Positions 40,101 to 50,938 of a DNA stretch of 64,000 nt are shown here, piece by piece (the first letter of the stretch is position 1; every line of letters begins with the position of its first letter). This DNA is from Lama glama (Eukaryota): NCBI GenBank assembly GCA_028534125.1, contig CM052817.1, positions 18,540,001 through 18,604,000 on the forward strand, in the 5' to 3' direction. The notes beneath the pieces are model-generated. The model did not search any database. It was not told the DNA's origin and saw nothing but the letters and a program-made list of their open reading frames with translations. Made by a program: the position numbers and the translations under genes.

Positions 40101-43100
40101 ATTGTTCTTTTTGTCTGGTGAATTCTTGCTAATACAGATTTTGGCCCTGAAAGTGGTTCTAGAGGAACAGAATTTTAAGGATGAGTTTGCTGAATTAGTT
40201 CTTGTATTTCTGGAATTAGCTCTCTAATGTGATTAGATTTTAAATGCTAATGATTTTATTTCCAGTAGTAAACAGAGCACTGATAGTTCGTGGTGATAGT
40301 CATGGTAGAAATATGCAAACATTGAATGCTTCTAATCACTTAAAAGAAACAAGGGTCTATGTATATAATAGTTTTAGACATTTTTTTTGTCAAACTAATA
40401 AATAGAATAAGATTGGCTGGTTGGTTCTAATGTTGCTGGAGAACGTGGGGAATGAAATGTATGAATGAAAAGAAATTTCCCTTTCTCTTCTACACGATAC
40501 CACTCTTGTAAGTTACACTGATGACATTATGCAGGTTGGACCTAGTGAGCAAGTAGAAACTATTTAGACTTATTAGCAAAAGATCTGCATGTTTGAGGGG
40601 ACAAAATAAATGTGACAAAAGTTCAGAGGCTTTTTAGCTCAGTGAAATTTCTAGAGGTCCAGTAGTGTGGTGCATGCAGGTAACCTTTTTAAGGAGACAA
40701 ATAATTTGTTACAACACTTCTCTTACAACCACAAAAGAGGCACTGTGTCTGGTGGGCTTCTTTGGATTTTGAAGCCAACATATTATTCCAGCCCATTTAC
40801 TGAGTGACCAAAAAACTGCTAGTTTCAATGTGACCTAGAACAAGAGAAGACTCTGGAACAGGTCCAGGCTGCTGTGCTGTTTCGGCCAGATGATCAAGCA
40901 CATCCAATGGTGCTTGAAGTGGCAGTGGCAGAGAGGGATGCTCTTCAGAGTCCTTGGCAGGTTCCTGTGGGTGAATTGCAGTGTAGGCTTTTGGGATTTT
41001 GGAGCAGAACCCTGCCATCCTCTGCAAGTAACTACTTCCTTTTGAGAAACAGCTCTTGGCCTGCTACTAGGTCTTCATAGAGACTGAATGCTTAACCATG
41101 GGCCACCAAGTTACCATTGACCTGAGTTGCTCATCATGAACTTGGTGTTATCTGAACCACCAAGTTATAAAGTTAGTTGTGCAAAGCAACACTTCATCAA
41201 TCAAATGGGAGTGGTATATATGAGACTGAATCCAAGCAGGCCCTGAAAGCACAAGTAAATTATATGAAGAAGTGGGCCAAATAGCCATGGTCCCTACTCC
41301 TGCTACACTGCTTTTTCTCTCTCAGTCTGCACTTCTGGTTTCATGAGGAGTTCCCTATACTCAGTTGACAAAGGAAGAGAAGACTTGGACCTGGCTTATG
41401 GGTGGTTCTCCATGGTGTGCAGGTACCACTTGAATGTGGGTAGTTATAACACTACAGACCTTTCCTGGGACATCCCTGAAGGCAATTGTGAAGGAAATCC
41501 TCCCAGTGAGCACAACTCCAATCGTGCACCTAGTTGTTTATTTTGTTTGGAAGGAAAGAAGGTCAGAAATTCAGTTTTATACCAATTCTAGTGCTGTGTC
41601 TAGTTGTTGGCTGGATGGTCAGACATCTGGAAGGAGAATGATCAGAAAACTGGTTTCAAGGAAATCTGGGGAAGAGGTTATGTGGATAGATCTCTATGAA
41701 TGAAAAAATATTGAATATGTTTTTGTCTCATGTGAATGCTTAGAGTGATTTCAAAAGAGGAGAATTTTGATAATCAAGTGGATAGGATGAACTGTCTTCT
41801 GGATACCAATCAGCCTTTTTCTCCAGCTACCCCTATCATCACCCAGTGGGGTCATAAACAAAGTAACTATGGCTGCAAGAATGGAATTTTTGCATAAGCT
41901 CAGCAACATGGACTTCTACCCACTAAGGCCAGTCTGGCTACTGACACTACTGAGTGCCCAACCTGCCAGCAGCAGAGACCAGCACTGAGTCCCTGATGTG
42001 GCGCCATTCCTGAGGTGATCAGCCAGTTATCTGGTGGCGGGTTGATTACACTGGATTAGTTTCATCACAGTAGGGGAAACATTCTGCTCTTATCGGAACA
42101 GATACTTATTTTGGATACAGATCTGCCTTTTACTACATGCAATGCTTTTGCTAAAATTTTCGTGAATTTACAGAATGCCTTACCCACCATCATGGTATTA
42201 GAAGGAATTCTGATTGAAGAAATCACTTCTCAGCAAATGAAGAGCAGCAATGAGCCAAGCTCATGGAATTCACTAGTCTTACCAAGTTCTCTGTTATCCT
42301 GAAACAAGACAGCTTGATAAAATGGTAGAAGGCATCATGAAGACATAGATACAGTTCCAACTAAGTGACAGTATCTACCAGGATTGGGCAAGGTTCTGCA
42401 GAAGGTGATATATGCTCTGAGTCAGAGTTTAGCTGTTTGTCCCACAGCTATGATTCAGGGATCCAAGAATCAAGTGGTGGAAATGGAAGGGGCATCACTC
42501 ACCTCTAGTGACCCACTAACAAAATTTTTCCTTCCCATTCTCATGACCTTAGGTTCTGCTGGCCTAGAGGTCTTAGTTCCAAAGGAAGAATGCTTCCACC
42601 AGGAGACACAACAGAGATCTACTGAAATAGAAGATAATGCTGTTGCTCAACCAACTTAGAATCCTCATGCTTTTGAATTAACAAAGAAGGGACTTACATT
42701 GCTAGCTGGGGTGAATAATCCTGAGTACCAAAGAGAAATTGGACCACTTCTTTATGATGGAGATTAAAAAGAGTATGTCAGAAGAAAGGAGATTCCTTAG
42801 GGTTTCTGTTAGTGTTACCATGCTCTGTGGGTAAAGTCAATGGAATTGTACAACCCAATCTAATAATGGCCTAACAATGGTTCAAAACTTGCAGAAATGA
42901 AGGTTTGGGTCACCCAACCAGGTAAGGGACCATGACAAGATGAGATGCTTGCTGAAGGCAAAGGAAATGCAGAATGGATAGTGGAGGAAAGTAATTATGA
43001 ATACCAGCTATGATCACGTGACCAGTTGTAGAACCAAGCACGCTAATTGTCGTAAGTACTTTCTCCTTAGTTTGTAATAAATGTTTGTGTGTATGATGAA

Positions 43101-43196
43101 TATTTATATTACACATATTATGCAAATACCTTTGTTTTCTTCATTCTCTTTTCTCTCTTATGCTCTTACCATGTAACATAAGATGTATTAATTTTA

Positions 43197-43746
43197 ACAT
43201 TAATTCAACTTCAGTACACTAGACAGTTCCAGAGAAATGAAAAATAGCAAGACAACATAGGTGATAAAAACAAGTAGAGAATCAGGGAACTCTGATCTTC
43301 AGTCTTTGCTATTTCGTTAAGAAATAATTTCTTTATCTATAGCTTAAAGCTAGGCCATGAGTGCTTTAAGCAATAAGCAATATGTTTTTGAATACATTTA
43401 TTATAACTTTACCTTCCTCAAAAATGGGCACTATTTAGAGTATGGTTTGGAAAAATTAAAAGCAAGTAGAAAAGTAGGAAAAATTGCTTAAACAAATTCC
43501 TTAAATCCTAAGTGAGGTTTGGGAAATTTTGCTTATTCCAATGTCATTTTAAAATTTTATTGCATTGTAGCTCATTGCCTTGTTAAATAATTTTGCTCAA
43601 GACTCCAACTCTCAAATCATGAGTGGTCTGTAATTATTCATAAGGTTTTAATTTATTTTTTTATCCAGATTATTTTGCTTGATGCATAGTAGGTGCTCCA
43701 TAAATGGATTTTAAATAAATGAATAAATAATAGCATTTTATATAAA
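43197..43746 (+). other. Retroposed non-L1 insert (orphan transduction or 3' UTR retrocopy) in the ERVL internal region
   Basis: Perfect 17-bp TSD aagatgtattaatttta at 43180-43196 and 43747-43763. AATAAA at 43722-43727, then a short A run. Confidence 0.75.
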
Positions 43747-45250
43747 AAGATGTATTAATTTTATATCATAGTATTTAAGTTACAAGATATCAAAAAGAAG
43801 ATTAAATATCTCTCAAGGACTTTACTTCCTCTTCTGGGGAAGAGGTTAGCACATTTTTTGTTGTACACAGGATAGTTTAATCATGTTAGGTAGAATTATG
43901 ACCTTGCTTTTCTCTTTATTTGAAGATTAAATATGATTTAAGGAGCTATCTATGGGAACCAAGTTGACAAGGGGTGGGTGGACTTGTGAAGGCTGATTTT
44001 ATGGGTCAATTTGTTTGGTCTGTAGGTTGCTCAGATATTTGGTCAAACATTATTCTGGGTGTTTCTGTCAGGTCATTTTTGGATGAAATTAACATTTAAA
44101 TCAGTAGAATGAGTAATGCAGATTGCTCTCCCTGATGTGGGAGGGCCTCATCCAATCAACTGAAATCCTGCTTAGAACAAAAAGCTGACCCTCCCATGAG
44201 TAAGAGGTAATTCCTCCTCCTGACTGCCTTTTCACTGGACATTGGATTTTTCCTGCCTTTGAACTTGAACTGAAACATCAGTTCTTCCCGGCTCTTGAGG
44301 CTGCTGCTCTTCGGACTGGAACTACAATATTGGTTCCCCTGGGTCTCCAGCTTGCAGACTCCCCTGCAGATATGAGGGCTTTTTATCTTCCATAATTGCA
44401 TGACCTAATTCCTTATGACAAATCTCCATCCCCTCCCCCAAGGATATATATGTATATACACCCTATTGTTTCTGTTTCTCTGAGAACCTTGACTAATACA
44501 GCCAGACCCCTTGTGCAAAATAACAGACACTGAGGTAAATAGATGTTTTGCCTGGAAATAAGCATGTCCTTCATTCTTCTAGGCTTCTGGTTGTGGGATG
44601 AAGAGTCAACTTAGAAGTTAATCAGCATTTGGATTGTTTTGTTGTTATGTTTACCCTCAGTGCACTGCAGTCATCAAATTTCTGAGCACTCCTTTATTTT
44701 CTGATTGGTGGCAGGATTTCCAGATTTAAATCTCCCCTTACTGCTTCACTTCTGTTCTTGTAATGCCCCCATGGGGATTTCTCTCCTCTTTAATGCTTAA
44801 TGCCTATTAACCTCCTGTTAAGGCTGGTGGGGGCTTTCCCCATTTCTCTAATGAAGCCTCGGTCTTGGGCAGGCACTGTGTCGCTGGATCTTGGGGATGT
44901 GATCAGATCTGTGCTCCTATGCCTCCTCTGGCTATCATTTTCGATTATTTACCCCTCTCCCAGGCACTGAAGGCTTTTTTTCTGTTCCTTTCCCCGTGGC
45001 AATAGGTTTTCAGCTGTGCCCTCAAGAGACAGTAATTCTCGCCCCTGTCTCAGCAGTTTTAGGCTCCTGTCCCATGGGAGAATTAGGGGAGAAGAAATTG
45101 GGTGGGTTTTATTCCTTGTCTTTAGTGGCCCTTACATCCCCAGTGTACCATGAGGGAAACTCTCTCAAGTTTATTATTTAATATGTTTGTAAAAACCTAT
45201 TGAAGTCCTTGGAGAAGGGTCTGTAAGAAGCTGAAAATTCTATTCATACC

Positions 45251-45737
45251 TGTGAATAAAAAATACTGCAAACCATATCAGTGAACAAAGAATGCTGAAG
45301 CCATCAAGTCATCAGCAGCTGCGGCCACCCCCCAGGGAAGACAAGCCTGCAGCCCATCCTCTGCAGCCACTCACCATGGTGCACCCTGAGGGGACTCGGA
45401 ATAAGAAAGGACAGGATACTGGCCCTAGATAGCTAGGTGCTTGTCAAAGGAATGAATTCAATGAGCCCAAATGTTTGCTCCCTCCCATCCATAGAAAAGC
45501 GCTAAATTCTTTGACTCGAGATGCCGAGATGCCGGGTCTTTTTTAGTTAACAACTAAGCTTTTAATGTTCCAACTATCTGGTCTTTGTTGTAAAACTCCT
45601 ATATATCCTAGCTCCTCCCCTACGTCTTCGGAGCCGTCCCTCAGAGCGATCTGAGAGGCTGCCGTCCAGGCTCGAGTCCTCCCACCAAATAAAACATAAC
45701 TCCCAACTTTTAGGCTGTGCATTTATTTCAGTCAACA
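45251..45737 (+). mobile_element. Relatively young ERV1-class solo LTR
   Basis: TG...CA ends, TATA-like ctatatat near 45600, AATAAA near 45688, retained CpGs, and near TSD tacc/tatc. Confidence 0.88.
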
Positions 45738-46620
45738 TATCTATAACCCCATCAGTTTTGTACTCACTCACTAACTCACATTTTTTTCTGTACCAATTTA
45801 TTAACAATTTTAGCTGAGTTCTTATGGGTGTCTCTGGTGAGCAAGTGTCCGGTCTTTCTCAGCTGGAGTGTGTCTATTCTGAGATTCTGGACTAGCTGAT
45901 TGTCCTGTGACCTCAGCCCTCAAGTGGGTTTGAGAAAAGTTGTGAATTCAGATATCCAGTCTCCTTTATTTATTTTTTGTAAGAGTGTGAGAGATGTGCT
46001 TTCCAGCTTTTGATATTTCAATCAGAAATTGTTTTAGCTTTGCAACCACTTCTGACAATCACAGGAGGGTCACTGCTTGAGTTTACTGCTGTGACACAGC
46101 TTACGGAGCACAGGGCTCTGAGCTGGTACTTGGGTCTTGGTCCCAAGACTGAGAGTAATTTACAGAATGTTCTCAGGCAAATCATGCATTCTCCTTGGAT
46201 ATCAGCTTACCTGATTTAGATTAGATATCTCTAAAGTCTTTTTTTAGACTCACAAGGGTAATGAAAAAAATTTATTGACAAGAATGTAAGTCAGTGCAGA
46301 AATAATCATTAGCAGACAGTCTAGTGAGTATCTAGTTCCTTATTTAGGATTCTTCTAAAAAATACCCGCCTCCTTTTTTTTTTTCCCAGAAGTTCTTTCC
46401 TAGTCTATCATAATATTTGAGATTTCTAGTATTAAATTTTAATTTACCTGCTTTACTAGTTTAGAGTAGTTTTGATTGTGGGCAAGAGTAAAATATAAAA
46501 TTACAGGAGGAGGAAGTTCATTTTAATGCTAATAATGATTAGAAAACAGTATCCATCCTGCTTCACACCTTTGTTAGATACTAGGTATCTTTTAAAGCAC
46601 GCTCTATGTATTAGCTCATT

Positions 46621-46719
46621 AAAAAAAATTTTTTTTTACTGGAAAAATTTTTTTCTGTACTGGGGATAGAACCTTATGCATGCTAAGAATGTGCTCTGCC
46701 ACTGAGCTTTTATGCCCTC
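46621..46719 (-). mobile_element. Second tRNA-derived camelid-type SINE, inserted in a MIR
   Basis: gtactggggatagaacc...gctctgccactgagct matches 25136-25193. 14-bp TSD tgtattagctcatt at 46607-46620 and 46720-46733. Confidence 0.85.
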
Positions 46720-46985
46720 TGTATTAGCTCATTTAATTCTCAAAATAAATCTTCTATAATAGACACTACGGTTATTAATCATATTGTATAGCAGAGAACA
46801 CAGATTTTTCAAAGTGATGTGACTGAAGTTATGTATTCTCTGACATTGGGATACTGTTCATTGTGGCTTTTAAAATTACACAAATAGATGCAATTTTCTA
46901 AACAAAGCATAGAAAAAGGGAAGTGAAGGAATAGGGTTCAAATAAAACTCTTTCAAGACACTAGCCCAATCAGATAGAAAGACTT

Positions 46986-49266
46986 TATGTCACTTATCTA
47001 TTCATGTGTAGTCAACCATCCCAAAGCACAGTGGGTTAAAACAGCAATTTTAATTTGCTCACTGCTCTATGGACTTGCTCTGTGAACTGGGCTCAGATGA
47101 GATGGCATCTTTTTGCTTCATGTCGTTCTGGTTTGGGCTCTTCACGTGTCTGGGACATCAACTCGGATGTCTGAGATAATTTCGGTAGCTGGACCTCTCT
47201 TCACACAAAATCTCTCCTTTTCAAGAGAGTTTGTTCATGAATGGCATCATTGCAAGAGGTGTATGCTCTATGCCATGCTTCTTGAGGTCTGTGCTAAAAA
47301 CTTGTTTAATTTCATTTCTACGGTGTTCCAGTAGTCAAAGCAGGACACAAGTTCAGCCAGTCATCAAGGGTCAGAAAGGCAGACTTCTGTGTTAATGGGA
47401 GGAGAGGCAGAGTCACAGTGCTAAGAGTCACACATGCATGCAGAAATAAGAGCATTTGGGGGGTCAGTTATTAATCTACCACCATGTGCCCCATGTCCAC
47501 AAATTACACATATTCATTGCATATGCTAAATATGCTCATGCCCATCTTAGGATCCCAAAACTCTTGTCTCATTTTGCCATGAAGTCCAAAGCTCACAGTT
47601 CGTGATTACATAGTCTGTCTTGGGTCTGAATGAAAATGAGACTCTGTGTGTGTGTCTCCTTGTGTGTAGACCTGTCAACAGAAATGAAGTTATCTGCTCC
47701 ACACACATTCAGCAAACGATACAGACACACAATGACCACAGTAATCATTCAATCAATCAAAAGGAAGAATGGGAGGAGAGAACAGACTGGACCGTAGAAA
47801 TTCTGAAACCTGGCAGGACACAAGTTACCAGATTCTCAAGCCTGAGCACACCAGGCGTTTCTTACTCAAGGCCTTTTCTGTTCCCTTGGAGTAGTCCCCT
47901 AGTCTAGTAATTCTCTGAGGCTCTTAGCTCTTCCCATTTGGTTCTTGGACCTGCTGCCAGACATGCCCTTTCTTTCATGTAAGAAATAGCTCATGTTTGC
48001 TGTTGTGTAGCTTTTTTTAGCAGCTCTGTCACCATAGAAAGCTGAAAACCCAAAGGACCCTTTTCTTTCTCAACTATTTCAGTCTCTTTCAATCCATGTT
48101 GTTACAACTCCTTTAAATATTTTGTGAGTTTCCTGTGTATCATATTATAAAATCAATTTCATTTGATAAAAATCACAAAAAAAATTTTATTTGATACAGC
48201 TCTTCCTTTACTCTGACATCCTGAAGATGCTTAAGAAGCACTTTTGTCTAGATGAGATCTACTATATACCATCTCCAATCTTTCTGAGGTATTAACAAAG
48301 TGTCTTCCTGTCACATCCTCACTCTGCTCTTTAGAAAGAGGTTCTATTTTACTTCTAGAACCTGTTTTGAAACTGGCATTAAGGCAGTTTTATTTTCCAA
48401 CCCAGAACATCCTGGACCTTCTATATTTTGTCAAAATTCATCTTGTGCATTAGAATAGCTCCTTCTTTATTTATTTCTCTCTTCTTATCACTTGTAGCTA
48501 AGAGTGGCCAATTAATACTTTTAACATTCTGCTTGCTAATATCCTTAGCCAAATGTATAACTTCTTTAGGTATATCTTCTTTCTTCCAAGTTACTACAGC
48601 TGACATTTTAACAATTGTTTGTCTGTCCATGAGAGGACATCATTTTTCTTACCTGTTATAGAAGTGTTTTCACTACTTTTTATCTCTTCAATAGCTTTGT
48701 TAGTTGTGTCTTTGCTGCTTTTCCAGCCTTCACCTACCAATGGGTTCTAAAGCCAATGCCTCCTGTATTAGAGTTTTGTTACAGCAGCATCCTACTTCTA
48801 GGTATAAACTGCTGTATCAGTTAAATTTTGCTACATAGCAAATCACCACATAACTTTGTGGCTTGAAACAACAATCATTTATTTGCTCACAAATCTGTCA
48901 GTCAGCAATTCAGCCTGGATTAAATTGGGATAGCTCATCTCTGCTCCACAGTGTGCAGCTGGGCCCACTCTTATTTATGTCTGGGCCCTCAGCTGGGATG
49001 GCTGTGTTTATGTCTGGGCCCTCAGCTGGGATGGCTGTGATGTCTATAATGTCAGAAATAACTGGATCTCCCTCACTAGAGCATGGCTTGGGCTTTTTTC
49101 ATGCTGGCAGAATCCTGTTAGTCATAGCAATTTGCAAGGACATTCTGATCCAAGGAGTGCATGGATACAGTCCTTCTGTTGGTAGGAGGAATGTCAAACT
49201 TTCATGACAAAGTGGTGTTCGTATGGGAATGAAAAAGTTTTGTAGCTAAATTCTACAATTTCCCAG
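46986..49266 (-). mobile_element. Near-complete MaLR element: MLT1 LTR (46986-47482), internal, LTR (48813-49266)
   Basis: Two related LTRs (ggttaaaacagcaa..tttgctcac and ggcttgaaacaacaa..tttgctcac) flank internal sequence homologous to 1-1174. Confidence 0.8.
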
Positions 49267-49927
49267 AGATTTATAACTGGAGGGAGAAGACTTTAAAGGA
49301 AGAGGCTTTTTTTTTTTCTTATTTTGTTTTTTATTTTAAGGGAGAACATTGTTTTTTAAATAATGGAAGAAATGTGAGTATTCTTAAAGACTCAGCCAGG
49401 GGCCAAGAGTTCAGCAGAGTTAGAAGTTTTAGGCAGTAGAGCAGATAACTGTTGGAGCAAAGTCCAGAGGTAGTTGTGGAAAATGGGATCAAGGCATAGG
49501 ATTGATTCAGGGAAGAGACTACTTATATGAGTCAAAAGGGAAGAAACAAAGATACGTGTGCATGCAATCAAATTTGGATGGGGAATTGATAGTTGAAGTA
49601 ATTCTCCTCAGAATGTGATTAGCTGTCTTGTTGAGGTAAAGGCCAATATAATTTGCTGATGGTTATGGAAATAGGGGTTTGAAGATGATAAATAGTTGGA
49701 ATACACCCTGAGACAGTGGGAATGTTCACTGACAAAGGGAAGAATGAAAGGTTTGTTGATTCAAGTTGGGGGCCCAGGTGAGGGGGAAGACAAAGAATTT
49801 GCAGTGCCACAGTGATAAAGGGGAGTCACACAGGAAACAGCTGGTTAAGTTTTCATTTTTGAATGATGATAGTGGCAACATTGTGGCATTAAGCCATAGG
49901 AAGACCAGATCAGAGGTAGAACCTCCT

Positions 49928-50283
49928 GTATTTGTCTGAGCAGTTAAAACAAATGACCGTAGACTCATTGGCTTACACACAACAGGAATTTATTTCTCAC
50001 AGTTCCAGAGGCTGAAAGTCGAAGATCAGGATGCCAGCACAGTCAGGTTTTGGGGAGAACCCTCTTCCAGTTTGCAGACTGCCAGCTTCTTGCATCCTCC
50101 CATGTGCGAAGAGGATGCGAGAGCTCTCTGGGACCCCTTTTATAAAGGCACTCATTCTTTTATACAGGTTCTTCCCTCGTGATGTAATCACACCCAAAGG
50201 GCCCACCTCCTAATACCAGCAGCTGGGGGGTTAGGAGTTCAACACGTGGATTTCGGGGGGCCACAAACATTCAGTCCGTTGCA
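49928..50283 (-). mobile_element. MLT1A-like solo LTR
   Basis: aatttatttctcacagttccagaggctgaaagtc...acaaacattcagtccgttgca. Confidence 0.88.
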
Positions 50284-50286
50284 TCC

Positions 50287-50938
50287 TGTTAGGGGGCTAT
50301 TCCAGTCACTGTTCCTGCATAACCAATTTCCCTCACACGCAGTAACTTAAAACAACCATAGTAAAAATATTTATGGATTCTGTGGGTCAGTAATACAGAA
50401 AAGGTACCAAAGGTCCCGCTTATGTATGTTTCATGGTGTGCTAGTTCTCAGGATTTGAAAGCTGCAGGTGTGCAGGTGAATTGATGGAAGAGGCTGAGAT
50501 CACAGGAAAGTTTGTTGACTCATATAGCTACACCATGGACTGGGAGGGACAGAAGACCAGGACTGCCAACTCCAGCACCTATTTGTGGCCATTTCAAATG
50601 GCTTTTCTTCCCTGCAGTACTGCTGCCGGAGAGTAATTTGATTTCCAGCATGGTGACTCAGGGCTCCAAGTACCATGTGAGTGTTTAGTGAATAAAGTAA
50701 TGTCATTTGCAGCAACATGGATGGACCTGGGGAAATCATCATTCTAAGTAATCTCACTTTATGACCCAGTTTTGGAAGGCACACAGAGTTACTTTCCCAG
50801 CATTCTGCTGTGTCACGCAACCACACAGGTTCAAGGGAAGGGGAAACAGCTTGCCCCTCTTGCTGAGTAAACAGAAAGGTCCCAAACAAGCGCCTGGGAT
50901 GGAGCTTCTGCAGCCATCTTTGGAAAATAGTCTGTCAT
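50287..50938 (-). mobile_element. Older MLT1 solo LTR containing a 60-nt L1 fragment
   Basis: atggattctgtgggtcag, cagcatggtgactcagg and gcagccatctttggaaaatagtctg. Confidence 0.75.

Larger units (their letters stand above)
39152..44500 (+). mobile_element. Defective ERVL provirus: MLT2 5' LTR 39152-40136, internal 40137-43984, 3' LTR 43985-44500
   Basis: Paired LTRs tgtga...taataca with TSD gtcag/gccag. RT LVSYTDDIMQVGPSEQ (TAC at 40514), IN ECPTCQQQRP and WWRVDYTG (about 41950-42055), dUTPase GLTLLAGVNNPEYQREIG (about 42690). Many stops and frameshifts. Confidence 0.92.
37870..46030 (-). mobile_element. Old L1M (37870-39146 and 44506-46030) interrupted by an ERVL provirus and an ERV1 LTR
   Basis: attaattttgaaaaattcatggctatttcttcaaatatt and ctttaagttcactgattctttcctc. 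The sequence appears to resume after 44505. Confidence 0.7.

Noticed and set aside
40137..43984. Domesticated or intact ERVL gene
   Set aside because: Frames are broken by many stops and frameshifts, with none over about 90 aa.
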